Below, in pieces: positions 55,076 through 64,000 of a DNA stretch of 64,000 nucleotides. The position numbers and the translations under genes were made by a program. Under the pieces are notes generated by a model. That model searched no databases. It saw only the letters and a list, made by a program, of their open reading frames with translations, and had not been told where the DNA came from. The stretch comes from a virus: IMG/VR virus record IMGVR_UViG_3300012347_000452, positions 1 to 64,000 of that record. One strand, 5' to 3'. Within the stretch, counting starts at the first letter, position 1, and every line of letters begins with the position of its first letter.

Positions 55076-55446
55076 CAGAGCTTCCCCTTGATGGTGGCCA
55101 GTTCCGCAGTGACCTTGGTCTTCCAAGCGAAGAGGCCCGCGATCTGGCACTGGTGCGTTTTCATCTGGTCGGAGGTGTCCACATCCGAGAACGCCACGAA
55201 CTCGTTGAACTCGCCGAGCTTGCTGAACGCCTCGGTGTGTTCTGCCACCTGCTCGGTCAGGACGCGAATCTTCTCGGCCTGATCCGCGATCGTCGTGGCC
55301 ATGCGGCTTGCAACAGACTCGGCCTCGCTGGCCTGCTTGACGAGTTTGCGGATGGTCGAGCGATTGGCCTTCTCCGCTTCCTCGAGGTGGCAGATGCGCT
55401 GAGTCAGCAAGGCGAGGTTGTCGCTCTTTTTGAACAGTCCGAACAT
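55075..55446 (-). CDS. Coiled-coil hypothetical
   Basis: Start at MFGLF, TGATG coupling. Confidence 0.6.
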   Translation of the reverse strand: MFGLFKKSDNLALLTQRICHLEEAEKANRSTIRKLVKQASEAESVASRMATTIADQAEKIRVLTEQVAEHTEAFSKLGEFNEFVAFSDVDTSDQMKTHQCQIAGLFAWKTKVTAELATIKGKL

Positions 55447-55616
55447 CACGCACCTGCCTTTTGTTCGGCCCAGATCGAAGCGAGGATGCCGACGGCGAGC
55501 AGGGCAGTACCGGACCAGATGTGACCGGCCTGCCAGGTGTCCACGACAGCGAAAAGAAACACCATGTCCAGGTAGTTGAACCGGCACTTGGCGAAGAACT
55601 GAAGAACGGATTTCAT
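55446..55616 (-). CDS. Small membrane protein
   Basis: Start at MKSVL. Confidence 0.55.
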   Translation of the reverse strand: MKSVLQFFAKCRFNYLDMVFLFAVVDTWQAGHIWSGTALLAVGILASIWAEQKAGA

Positions 55617-55759
55617 GTGATGCCTTTCAACTTCTTGTCTTTCTCGGCCAGCTCCTTCATGTGCTGGTCGAGGCCTTTCCAGTCTTTCGTGGTCCACAGG
55701 TGGTGAGCCTGTGACCCAGGCATCAGGTAGATGCCCTTGTAGAGAACCGCGCCTCTCAC
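55613..55759 (-). CDS. Small hypothetical
   Basis: GTGA overlap; YKGIYLMPGSQAH. Confidence 0.5.
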   Translation of the reverse strand: MRGAVLYKGIYLMPGSQAHHLWTTKDWKGLDQHMKELAEKDKKLKGIT

Positions 55760-56319
55760 AGCGCGACCACCGTTCCTGCGCCGGTCTTGACCTTCTTGGC
55801 GGGCTTCTCGGCCTTCGCCGGTGCGGCTTTGTCTTTGGGCCAACCGAGCGTGGCCAGGTCGGCGACGAGGTTCGCAATCGAAGGCAGGTAGATCGACTTC
55901 TCCTGCTGCTTGGGCAGGTACTGCTCGAACTCGGGCAGACGCTCCAATGCGACCTTCAAGGTTGAGCAAGGCTCGATGGCACCACGCAGCTTGGCGCGAG
56001 CCGATTCCAGACGTGCTTCCTGCTCTTTGTGGAGCTGGGTGAGCTCGTCCACCTTTGTCTGCACTTCCTCGGTGGGTGTGTAGGAGCAGCCGCGAGGCTC
56101 GTAGACTCGAATCGAGCCGAACTGGCTGCGCCACCAACTGCTCGTCTCCAGGCAGTGACAGAGCGCCTTGTCACGGGCGATGGCTTGCACTTTCGCCGGC
56201 AGTTGCGCGATGGAATCGTCGTGAATCAGGGCGCGGACCTGCTCCTGATAGTCGATCTTGGGGATGTCTTGAACGACGGCCAAGACGAAAGCGTCCTTGT
56301 CGGATTTGGTGAGTCTCAT
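55756..56319 (-). CDS. Nmad5-like (nucleotide modification associated domain 5) protein
   Basis: MRLTK..FV..V..DIP, TLKVALERLPEFEQYLP. Confidence 0.7.
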   Translation of the reverse strand: MRLTKSDKDAFVLAVVQDIPKIDYQEQVRALIHDDSIAQLPAKVQAIARDKALCHCLETSSWWRSQFGSIRVYEPRGCSYTPTEEVQTKVDELTQLHKEQEARLESARAKLRGAIEPCSTLKVALERLPEFEQYLPKQQEKSIYLPSIANLVADLATLGWPKDKAAPAKAEKPAKKVKTGAGTVVAL

Positions 56320-56329
56320 GGGGTTCTCC

Positions 56330-57247
56330 TTAGATATGGCAATCCACCACCGTCAGGCGGGTGTCGTCGGGGAGGTCGTCGATCAGCTTGGCGAACTGCT
56401 CGTTCCAGACTCCCTGGCCCTTTTCGTCAGAGACCATGCCCCACCAGCCCATTTCGCCCTTCTCGAACCACTCGCCATCCTTCAGAACGGCGAACGTGGT
56501 GCCGGCGGCGTTGCGGGCGGCGTTGATGAATGTGAATCGAGGCGTCAGGTACTCGTCGAGGTCGGCAAAGGGGTTGTCGAACTTCTCGCGCAGTGCCTTG
56601 AGCGCCTCCTGGGCGTGGTAGAACTCGCGGCGCACGTCCCAGACGTTCTTCTCGCCCTGCCCTTCGGTGATCTGTGCCTGAACCTGCTTCCAGGTCAGCC
56701 AGGTGCAATCGCCGATGATGGCGTGCGCATCGTCCCAGCGCTTGGCAGCCTCTTCGCACGCCAGATCGCGCATCGTTGTGAAGTCGATGTCCTTCTTGAG
56801 CGCGGAGTCGCAGTAGTTGGCATCGGTGGGCTGGCCACGATTCACCCACGAACGCTCCCCGTTCTTGCCTTCGGCACCGGGCTTGAGGCGCAACATGCCC
56901 GACCAACGGCCGCCGATCTGATACCAGTCCCACTTGCGGTTGGGGTTGGTGCGGTTGACCGCCTTGATCAGCACGCCGTCCTTGACGATGGCGTATCCGT
57001 ACTTGTGGTCGCAGTCGTCGCCGACCGTATCGACCTTCGACTCGTCGTCCACGATCTTTTCTTCCAGACCGTAGTAGCCGAGCGCATCATCAAGAGTCTC
57101 GCCGTCGTCGATCCTTGCTTGAATCTCGGCAGTGATGTCTTCGTCGAGGACGTACTGGTCGTTGCAGCCAGTGCATTCAAACTCGTGGAAGGGTTGAAGC
57201 TGGGCTTCGACGTTCTCGCCGATGACCAGTACGGTGAAATGGGACAT
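56330..57247 (-). CDS. Conserved phage hypothetical
   Basis: MSHFTVLVIG, NPNRKWDWYQIGGRW, GEMGWWG, VVDCHI. Confidence 0.8.
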   Translation of the reverse strand: MSHFTVLVIGENVEAQLQPFHEFECTGCNDQYVLDEDITAEIQARIDDGETLDDALGYYGLEEKIVDDESKVDTVGDDCDHKYGYAIVKDGVLIKAVNRTNPNRKWDWYQIGGRWSGMLRLKPGAEGKNGERSWVNRGQPTDANYCDSALKKDIDFTTMRDLACEEAAKRWDDAHAIIGDCTWLTWKQVQAQITEGQGEKNVWDVRREFYHAQEALKALREKFDNPFADLDEYLTPRFTFINAARNAAGTTFAVLKDGEWFEKGEMGWWGMVSDEKGQGVWNEQFAKLIDDLPDDTRLTVVDCHI

Positions 57248-57343
57248 TTGGTTCTCCTTGTTGAGTGAGTCAGTCATAAGTGACTGCAATCACATTGTAA
57301 AAGCTCAAAAGCGGGGATTCACCGCTTGAGTAGGGAGAGTGCG

Positions 57344-57502
57344 TCAGGCACTCTGTTCATCCAACCACCGAGTGCGGCAGTAGAAGTAGTCGAGCCACAT
57401 CTGGCCATGCACAGAGGTGTCGTCGAACGGGCACGCCTCGTCGGTCTCACCCTTGTCGGCGGCCTGGATGGCGTGGTCACGGATTTGCTGGATGTCGAGC
57501 AT
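57344..57502 (-). CDS. Rmf/CrpP-like small protein (tentative)
   Basis: AADKG..ACPF..W pattern. Confidence 0.45.
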   Translation of the reverse strand: MLDIQQIRDHAIQAADKGETDEACPFDDTSVHGQMWLDYFYCRTRWLDEQSA

Positions 57503-57689
57503 GGTCGTCCTGAGTGTCAGTGGTGACTGAAGTATAGGAGCCTTCAGTGACTCCCGACAAGGCCGCTGATCCACCCTCCTCGCCCGCTGGCTTCTTGCGG
57601 AAGATGGCGTCGAAGTTGTTGCGGAACGCCTCAGTCGATTTCTTGGAGACGATGTTGTCGCCCGTGATCGGGTTCTTGGCGGTCGTCAT
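57477..57689 (-). CDS. Small conserved phage protein
   Basis: MTTAKNPITGDNI..FRNNFDAIF. Confidence 0.6.
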   Translation of the reverse strand: MTTAKNPITGDNIVSKKSTEAFRNNFDAIFRKKPAGEEGGSAALSGVTEGSYTSVTTDTQDDHARHPANP

Positions 57690-58012
57690 GTCGCCGCTTT
57701 CATCTGAGCCTCCAGGCGGTCGTTCAGACCCCGAAGGCCGGTGGTGTTGAAGTAGAGCTTGTCGAGGGCAACGGCCATCACCTCGTAGGGCGCGGCATCC
57801 CACCGAACCGCGATCTGCTCCTCTTCCATCGACCAGTTGCCTTCGATGACACCTGCGGCGCTGATGGCGTAGGCGCTGTGCGTCATGACGCCCATCTGAG
57901 GTGTGGGGCCGTCGGTGAGGATCAGAATCGAGCTGCCCTCTTTGGTGGCTGCGATCAGCTCGGAGGTCACGCCGCGCTTGATCAGCGCATTCAATGCGTC
58001 CATGAATTTCAT
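57686..58012 (-). CDS. Hypothetical
   Basis: Operon packing. Confidence 0.6.
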   Translation of the reverse strand: MKFMDALNALIKRGVTSELIAATKEGSSILILTDGPTPQMGVMTHSAYAISAAGVIEGNWSMEEEQIAVRWDAAPYEVMAVALDKLYFNTTGLRGLNDRLEAQMKAAT

Positions 58013-58066
58013 AAGATTCTTTCTATAAGGATGGCGAAAAATCACCAAAAAAGTTGGCGCCGATTT

Positions 58067-58327
58067 TCAGTTTTTTCGTGCCAGAAAAGCCATGCACTGG
58101 TTGGACACGCTGGTGTTGTAGCCAGTCGCACACGCCAGAGCCACCGGGTCCGATGACTTGGCTATCAACTCGTCACTCGCCAGCGAACGCTTGGCCAGGA
58201 TGAAGGTCAGCGTGATCAAGGCAATCGCGATCATCGTCCAGATACTGAGCCAGAAGGCGTTCTCACCAAGCTCCAGGTGATGGGTGTGCGTCACTTTGAC
58301 GGGCACTGAGGCGTTCATGTCTGCCAT
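58067..58327 (-). CDS. Membrane protein
   Basis: Single TM helix. Confidence 0.6.
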   Translation of the reverse strand: MADMNASVPVKVTHTHHLELGENAFWLSIWTMIAIALITLTFILAKRSLASDELIAKSSDPVALACATGYNTSVSNQCMAFLARKN

Positions 58328-58541
58328 GTTGCTTCTCTCTTTCGATGAGGCTTTGCGCCTCGGTGATCATGATGATGTAGTCGCGGTCCGTCACCAGCCC
58401 CGATGTCGCCATGAAAAGCGAGTCGATGCCGGTGGAGAACTGCTCGGGGGAAATCTTGCCGCTGGTGACGGCAAGAGTCAGCCAGGCGATCGTCTCGAAC
58501 GCCTTGCGATTGATTTCGTCTTGAAGGACGGGAACGGTCAT
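58263..58541 (-). CDS. Hypothetical
   Basis: Start at MTVPV. Confidence 0.55.
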   Translation of the reverse strand: MTVPVLQDEINRKAFETIAWLTLAVTSGKISPEQFSTGIDSLFMATSGLVTDRDYIIMITEAQSLIEREKQHGRHERLSARQSDAHPSPGAW

Positions 58542-58542
58542 G

Positions 58543-58815
58543 TCAGCGGACGATGACGCGAATGGACTTGTTGTCGAACATCCGGTTCGTGCGGTAGTTC
58601 TTGCTGCCGAAGCGGTTGGTGAGAATCTTGCAAACGTGAGCCTGAGCACGCTCAATCGGCAGGTCATGAGGCGTGCGGATCAGGTATTCACCGGGGCCGG
58701 TGACTCGTTCGAGCTCCTTGAATGCCCAGGCGCTGCGGGTGCCCCTGGGGAAATGGGGCTGAGGTGGGGTTTGAGGGGCTTTTTTGCTGAAGAGGGATTT
58801 GATGAATGAAAACAT
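58543..58815 (-). CDS. Hypothetical
   Basis: Follows a promoter-like intergenic region. Confidence 0.55.
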   Translation of the reverse strand: MFSFIKSLFSKKAPQTPPQPHFPRGTRSAWAFKELERVTGPGEYLIRTPHDLPIERAQAHVCKILTNRFGSKNYRTNRMFDNKSIRVIVR

Positions 58816-58906
58816 AAGGCGTTCCGTTTCTTTGTTTCGTGCAATCTTGCACGCTCTAAATATAGTTCAGAAGTCACGGGCTTTATGTCACCCGTGACAT
58901 CTTCCC

Positions 58907-59542
58907 TCAGTGAACGAGCACTTTCCCGCTCATCTTGGCGTCGGCCAGCTCGGAGAACACCCGAGCCCGTGCCCGGTCCACAGAGGCTTCGAGCGCCGCA
59001 AGGCGATCTTCGCGCGTTGTGACGGCGCGTGGCATGTAGAAGTGGGTGGTCGTGAGCCGTTCATCGACCGTCAGGCCCAGGATCAGGCTGTTCAGATGCT
59101 CGATGTAGCCCTGGTTCATGGCCGCCTTGCCCGCCTCGTGGACGAGCGCGATGCCAGGCTGAACGAGCAGCACCATGCCGAAGCGCCGATTGGTGACATC
59201 GAAGCAGCTCCGGACGTAGGCGCTCAGTCGATCCTGGCAGTTGTCGGGGACTCGCTCTCCGATCGCATCGCCCAGCGTGTAGGCGGCCATGTCGAGTGGC
59301 GTTCGGTCGGTGATGAAGTCGAGCCCCGTGTACTTGGCGTAGATGGCATCGACCCGCTTGAGAATCTCTTCCTGCACGGCAAGGCGCGTGGCGAAGTCGT
59401 ATTCTTTGGCGGGGTCCAGACCCAGCTCGCGCCAGATCGCAGACACGGAGGTCTCCACGAAGGGAATCCCCCGCTTCTGCGAGAAGGCTCGGGCGAGCGT
59501 TGTCTTACCGGTCCGGTGAGCGCCGCACAACCCGATCGACAT
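58907..59542 (-). CDS. P-loop nucleotide kinase (AAA_28/NMP-kinase-like)
   Basis: IGLCGAHRTGKTT, ITDRTPLD. Confidence 0.8.
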   Translation of the reverse strand: MSIGLCGAHRTGKTTLARAFSQKRGIPFVETSVSAIWRELGLDPAKEYDFATRLAVQEEILKRVDAIYAKYTGLDFITDRTPLDMAAYTLGDAIGERVPDNCQDRLSAYVRSCFDVTNRRFGMVLLVQPGIALVHEAGKAAMNQGYIEHLNSLILGLTVDERLTTTHFYMPRAVTTREDRLAALEASVDRARARVFSELADAKMSGKVLVH

Positions 59543-60156
59543 TACGCCTTGCCTTCCAGAATGGCGCGCTCGGCTTCGGTGTCGCGGTTCACGGTGGCTT
59601 CGGCGTTGAAGACCTTGCCCTTGTTTCGCAGCTCCAGTTTGCGAATGTTCTTCTCGCGCTCCACGTCCTCGTCGGTGCCGGCAGCGTCGTGGCCCAACGC
59701 CTGATACCAGGAGATGTCGCCACCGATTTCTTCGCCCCAGCCCACGGTGTCGAACGGATGGCCTTCGAGTTGCTTGCGCACCAGTTCGATCGCCTCGCCC
59801 GACTCGGTGAAGATGCCCAACGCGGCGTGCAGCAGGCGCAGATCGACGTTCTCGGGCTTGATGTTGGCCGCTTCGGGAGGCAGGCTGTTGAAGTTGTTGA
59901 AGTCGTTGGGCGTGGCCAGGTGGTCCGACATTTCATGGATCAGACGGCCGTAGCCTGCGAGGTTCTCGGAGAGATCGCGCAGCTTGTCGCCCTCCATCGG
60001 CTTGCCGTAGAAGATCGTGCGCTTGGCCAGGTTCATGATGCTGGCGGCGTTCTCGGCCATGTTCAGCATGATGTGCAGACCGATTTCGCCGAAGTTCAGC
60101 GTGGCAGGCTTGCTCTCGGTGAGGAGAGCGCGTGATTGGTAGTCTTTGAAGTTCAA
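59542..60156 (-). CDS. MazG-like NTP pyrophosphohydrolase
   Basis: LLHAALGIFTESGEA..EEIGGDISWY..NIRKLELR. Confidence 0.85.
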   Translation of the reverse strand: MNFKDYQSRALLTESKPATLNFGEIGLHIMLNMAENAASIMNLAKRTIFYGKPMEGDKLRDLSENLAGYGRLIHEMSDHLATPNDFNNFNSLPPEAANIKPENVDLRLLHAALGIFTESGEAIELVRKQLEGHPFDTVGWGEEIGGDISWYQALGHDAAGTDEDVEREKNIRKLELRNKGKVFNAEATVNRDTEAERAILEGKA

Positions 60157-60217
60157 AATGATTCCTAAGTGAGTGATGACTTATTAAATATAGCGCGAAA
60201 TGCGCGGGGTTCTTGCG

Positions 60218-60400
60218 TCAGAAGAACAGCCCCAAGATCGAGCCCAGAGGCGCCACGATGACACCCAGGACGCGCAGGATCAGAGCGCCCGTGATGTGGT
60301 CGAAGCTCATGCCGTACAGGACGACGATGTTCATGACCCAGCCGACGATGGCCAGAACCCAGGCGATGATCATGGCGGACAAGATGGTGAGGTTCATCAT
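60218..60400 (-). CDS. Small membrane protein
   Basis: GWVMNI..LRVLGVIVAPLGSILG. Confidence 0.7.
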   Translation of the reverse strand: MMNLTILSAMIIAWVLAIVGWVMNIVVLYGMSFDHITGALILRVLGVIVAPLGSILGLFF

Positions 60401-61230
60401 GCCGCTTCTCCAAACGAGGCTTCGACCAGCTTGCGGTTCTGCATCCAGCCCCGGAAGTTGCCCGACCACAAATCTGCCTCCGCCATCGGGGTTGCTTGAT
60501 GCTCAATCGGTGATGCGTGGAGGGGCACACCCCCGACCAGTCGCTCGTACAGCGCAACGTCCTTTTCGATGCTCGGTGTCTGACCGTCATGTGTGAGATA
60601 GGACACGCGAGCGCACCGGGCAGCAGAGACCTTCAGGAGCAGGTCCATGTTGTCGAAGTGCTCGGCAAGTTCGGCGCGCGTCACGTAGGGCAGATGCCAC
60701 TGACCTTCCATGAGCGTGATCGGACGCGACTCGGCGAAGGCGTGCTTCATCACCAGCGCCAGCGCGTGAATCTCGGGCTGGGCGTCAGGGTGAGCGCGGA
60801 GCTCGAAGAAGTTGTCCCACTCGGTGGCGGTGACGATGACGTGCATGTACTGATAGGGCTCGAGGATGCGGTTGGCCACCTGCTTGTGCAAGCCGATGTC
60901 AGCCATCACCTGGGCGACAGCCGCAGCGTCACGGGCCGCTTGCACCCACAGTTGCTTTGCGCCCTCACGAGCCAGCGGCCGAAGCTCTTCGTTCGCCTGC
61001 ATCCCTGCCTGGTTCTGACCCCAGTGGATCGGCATGGCGGGGTCGTTGCGGACCTGCTCGATCATCTTGGCCACCGGAATGGCGCGCGACGAGCTGGCGT
61101 TGCGGCTGAACACCCGATGCGTCATGAACTCGGCATGGATGAAGCGGGGATAGCAAAGCTGAAGGGTGGTCAGCCGCACCCCGTGATCGGCGATCGAGTC
61201 TTCGATCACCTTGGCGGTGATGGTGGTCAT
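60397..61230 (-). CDS. thyX: FAD-dependent thymidylate synthase
   Basis: EFMTHRVFSRNASSSRAIP, NFFELRAHPDAQPEI, SAARCARVSY, HASPIEH. Confidence 0.88.
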   Translation of the reverse strand: MTTITAKVIEDSIADHGVRLTTLQLCYPRFIHAEFMTHRVFSRNASSSRAIPVAKMIEQVRNDPAMPIHWGQNQAGMQANEELRPLAREGAKQLWVQAARDAAAVAQVMADIGLHKQVANRILEPYQYMHVIVTATEWDNFFELRAHPDAQPEIHALALVMKHAFAESRPITLMEGQWHLPYVTRAELAEHFDNMDLLLKVSAARCARVSYLTHDGQTPSIEKDVALYERLVGGVPLHASPIEHQATPMAEADLWSGNFRGWMQNRKLVEASFGEAA

Positions 61231-61360
61231 TTTTTGTCCGTCTTTCGTTTGATGAAGTGATAGAGCTGGTGGACCTTCCAGCCCACCCATGCTCCGACGA
61301 GGATTGCGAGGCCCAGGGCGACGATCACGTCACCCCGACCGGCGAAGATGCCGACTGCGT

Positions 61361-61876
61361 TCACGACTTGGCGCCCACCGCTTTAGGCAAGGGGAACGGC
61401 ACTTCGAGCGTGGAGGCGCACGAGCCGTCACTGCCCTTTGCAGGGTGCTTGGACCAGTTGTCGGTCGGGCTCACCATCACGCAGCCTTGAGTCGCGCTCA
61501 CGGTGGAGCACATCACGGTTGCCTTCTGAACCTCCAGGTTCTTGGTCTTGCCCTCTTCACGTTCGGTCCGCATGAAGACAACCTCTGCCCAGCCATCGCC
61601 TTGCGGGCAGGTGGACGAGTGGGTGGTGTCGGCCTTGACGATGGTTTCCCAGCCCGCGATGCGCGGATTCTGGCGCTGGTATTCGGCTGCGGAAGCGCCG
61701 GCATTTGAGCGGCCCTGGGCACGCTGCTCTTCCACGGTCTGAAAGCTGAAGGCGTTGGTCTTGTGAACCTGCCCGCCCTCCTTCATGACCTGTTCGATGC
61801 TGGGCTTGTCACCGCAGGCGGTGAGTGCGAGGGATGCTGCGACAGCGGCAAGGGTGGCGATGGCGATGCGTTTCAT
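61361..61876 (-). CDS. Lipoprotein
   Basis: MKRIAIATLAAVAASLALTAC lipobox. Confidence 0.75.
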   Translation of the reverse strand: MKRIAIATLAAVAASLALTACGDKPSIEQVMKEGGQVHKTNAFSFQTVEEQRAQGRSNAGASAAEYQRQNPRIAGWETIVKADTTHSSTCPQGDGWAEVVFMRTEREEGKTKNLEVQKATVMCSTVSATQGCVMVSPTDNWSKHPAKGSDGSCASTLEVPFPLPKAVGAKS

Positions 61877-62136
61877 TGAGATTTCTCCTTGGTCGAAGTG
61901 AAGGTGCGGTTGAAGGCACTGGGGAAAATGATCAGCTTGATGAAGCCGATCAGAACGAGCAGGCCAGCCATGTCCCAGAAGTCCATGTTCAGGTAGATGG
62001 CAGGCACGAAGCTGAAGTAGGTGGGGCCGAGCCAGCCCCACAGGAAGTGCAGAGGGATGGCGATCAGCACCGCGAAGATCGCGGAGATGAGCCAGCCCAG
62101 CACGGGGATGATTGCGAACTTGGCAAGTCCTTGCAT
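61873..62136 (-). CDS. Membrane protein
   Basis: Hydrophobic, ATGA overlap. Confidence 0.7.
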   Translation of the reverse strand: MQGLAKFAIIPVLGWLISAIFAVLIAIPLHFLWGWLGPTYFSFVPAIYLNMDFWDMAGLLVLIGFIKLIIFPSAFNRTFTSTKEKSQ

Positions 62137-62145
62137 GGCCAGCCC

Positions 62146-62634
62146 TCAGTTCGCGCGTTGGGCGCGTGTGGAGGGGCCACCGGTGGGCTTTTCGCCCTTG
62201 ACCGTGGTGACGGGTGCCAAGGTCTTGGCTGCGGTCTTCTTGAGCCGAGCACAGGACAGGAACATCGCCGTCGATTCGACCTTCTTGGCCTCGTTCGCGG
62301 GCTTGGTCACATCGAAGTAGACGCAGCCGTTCAGGAACGTGGTCTTGGTCGTTGCGATGCCCTTGTGCCCGCTGATGATGTCCTGGACTTCATCGCCCAC
62401 CTTGATGTCGGTGGCTTGCGGGGCGATGGCGTTTGCGCTCACACCCTTGCTCTTGAACTTCAGGCTCACGGCGTCGATGCTGTACGCCTCCGGGAGCTTC
62501 TCGGCGCCCTTGATGGCTTTGGGCTGAACCGAGTACTGGACGTTGCCGTTGAACAGATCGTTGCGGGAGGTGATCGTGCCCTCGAAGCCGCTGGTGATGT
62601 CCGTGACGACGCAGCCGATAGTGATTTCTGACAT
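62146..62634 (-). CDS. Hypothetical with two tandem SH3/KOW-like repeats
   Basis: GCVVTDITSGFEGTIT..FNG and GDEVQDIISGHKGIAT..LNG. Confidence 0.75.
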   Translation of the reverse strand: MSEITIGCVVTDITSGFEGTITSRNDLFNGNVQYSVQPKAIKGAEKLPEAYSIDAVSLKFKSKGVSANAIAPQATDIKVGDEVQDIISGHKGIATTKTTFLNGCVYFDVTKPANEAKKVESTAMFLSCARLKKTAAKTLAPVTTVKGEKPTGGPSTRAQRAN

Positions 62635-62643
62635 AGGTGCCTT

Positions 62644-63036
62644 TCAGTAGGTGTGGTGGGTGAACATCATCGAGAGAGCCTGTTTGACGCTCACGTTCTG
62701 GCGGGTGGGCACGCGCAACATCACGTATGCGCCGTCGATGAAGTTGGTGAGGGCAAGGTGGCGCCCGAGCAGCTTGTCGAACTGGTCGTCTGGGTGACAG
62801 AGCGCGGTGGCGATCGCCACGACGTTGCGGCGATCGACCGCGTAGGCAATCGTCATGCGGCCCTCACGGGCGGGCACGGCGGGGCGGGCTGCGTAGTTGG
62901 TGGGGGTGATTTCGAGGAAGTGCATGCCGTTGTTGGTGGCATTGAGCACTTCGGTCTTCATGGCCTTGCGCTTTTTGCGCCGTTCGGCGGCAAAGAGTTC
63001 GGCCTCGACCTGCATCGGATGGGGGGTGTCTGACAT
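62644..63036 (-). CDS. Hypothetical
   Basis: ALCHPDDQFDKLLGRHLAL motif; AGGAG RBS. Confidence 0.7.
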   Translation of the reverse strand: MSDTPHPMQVEAELFAAERRKKRKAMKTEVLNATNNGMHFLEITPTNYAARPAVPAREGRMTIAYAVDRRNVVAIATALCHPDDQFDKLLGRHLALTNFIDGAYVMLRVPTRQNVSVKQALSMMFTHHTY

Positions 63037-63122
63037 GGTTTCTCCTGTAGATCAGTCATTGGTGACTCATCTACTATATCGAGAAAATGCAGGGGTTTTG
63101 AACCGAGAGGTGGGAGAGTGAG

Positions 63123-63198
<76 letters not shown>

Positions 63199-63288
63199 CC
63201 ATCAACTCTGCCCTCTGGTGGGTCCAGCACTTGTTCAGCCTTCAGAGGGCAGACACTTGGCCATTCCTCTTTGAGAGGACAGAGTTGA

Positions 63289-63363
63289 TGGTTCCAGAGG
63301 GAGGTTTTGAACCTCCGACCTACCGCTTATCAAGCGGGCGCTCTACCCCTGAGCTACTCTGGA
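63289..63363 (-). tRNA. tRNA-Ile(GAT)
   Basis: TCCAGAG/CTCTGGA acceptor, loop TTGATAA, GTTCAA, encoded CCA. Confidence 0.85.
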
Positions 63364-63364
63364 C

Positions 63365-63439
63365 TGGTTGCGGGGACAGGACTCGAACCTGCGACCTCCG
63401 GATTATGAGTCCGGCGCTCTACCACTGAGCTACCCCGCG
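63365..63439 (-). tRNA. tRNA-Met(CAT), initiator-like acceptor stem
   Basis: CGCGGGG/CCCCGCA with C1:A72 mismatch, loop CTCATAA, encoded CCA. Confidence 0.9.
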
Positions 63440-63460
63440 ATTCATCGAATCTTATATAAG

Positions 63461-63507
63461 TTTTTGAGGGAACGCAAGTCAGTTGTGACTGATTCCCTCA
63501 AAAAAAC
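63461..63507 (-). terminator. Inverted repeat after the RNR gene, with a GTCA-N4-TGAC site inside
   Basis: TTTTTGAGGGAA...TTCCCTCAAAAA. Confidence 0.6.
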
Positions 63508-64000
63508 TTACGTCGCTGCCGAGAAGTCCACCGGGCAGGCGCCTGTCGAGCAGTCAACGTGCTCGAAGCCGATGTCTTCCTTGACCGACTCGGAGTCCTT
63601 GATGGCCGCCAGGATCATCTCGAACTCATGCTTGGTCACAGGCTGCTCGGGCTGGTACTCGTAGGCGGTGGTGTCGGCCTGTGGCATCACCGAGCAGCAG
63701 CGGATCGAGGACTGGCCAGCCAGCAAGGTGCGCTTGAACTCCTCGAAGGTGACGACTTTGGGGTCGTACTTCAGGGTGTAGCTCACCTGATTGCCACGTT
63801 CCTCGAGTGGGGTCACGCCGTCTTCTTCCACGCCGGTGATCCAGTACTTCTCCATGAGGCGCAGGTACTGGTACTGCTCTTCCGGAGTGGCTTCGGCGGC
63901 CGTCACCAGCTTGTCACCCATGCCGAGCGCCACGATCTCAGGCACTGTCGGGAAGCCCACGATGGTGGTGCCCGAATAGCTCTTGAGCTTGCGGATCGGA
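63508..64000 (-). CDS. nrdJ: Class II (B12-dependent) ribonucleotide reductase, C-terminal part
   Basis: NQVSYT, YEYQPEQPVT, terminal redox pair DCSTGACP; extends beyond the window. Confidence 0.8.
   Translation of the reverse strand, partial: PIRKLKSYSGTTIVGFPTVPEIVALGMGDKLVTAAEATPEEQYQYLRLMEKYWITGVEEDGVTPLEERGNQVSYTLKYDPKVVTFEEFKRTLLAGQSSIRCCSVMPQADTTAYEYQPEQPVTKHEFEMILAAIKDSESVKEDIGFEHVDCSTGACPVDFSAAT

Overview
This window is 64 kb of a GC-rich tailed dsDNA phage with a lambda-like non-contractile tail. Gene order and the major capsid N-terminus recall SSU5/pHCM2-type phages and phage-plasmids (from memory, not searched). No integrase, ParA or recognisable RepA lies in the window, so lifestyle cannot be called. 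1-31.7 kb (minus strand): gp38-like adhesin, tail fibre, tail J/I/K/L/M, tape measure, G/GT chaperones with a -1 slippery site, tail tube, head completion genes, capsid, scaffold, portal, terminase, then a ParB-ParB-ABC ATPase-Tad2-thioredoxin-GNAT-wHTH operon. 31.7-35.5 kb (plus strand): SF2 helicase and small genes. 35.8-64 kb (minus strand): many small genes, DenV-like glycosylase, exonuclease, HNH, Nmad5, kinase, MazG, ThyX, three tRNAs and the end of a class II RNR. The most unusual part is 35.5-40.3 kb, where transcription converges. It has a G-rich flank and a ~1.28 kb zone with no GGA/TCC/GGC/GCC and no GATC that carries an AT-rich winged-helix-like gene. Next come a 20-bp repeat array and three promoter-hairpin-ORF-terminator cassettes separated by ~12-bp-phased CCWWGG arrays. 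Independently, a palindrome GTCA-N4-TGAC marks at least 16 sites across the window, mostly at gene junctions. All counts and coordinates were read by eye.
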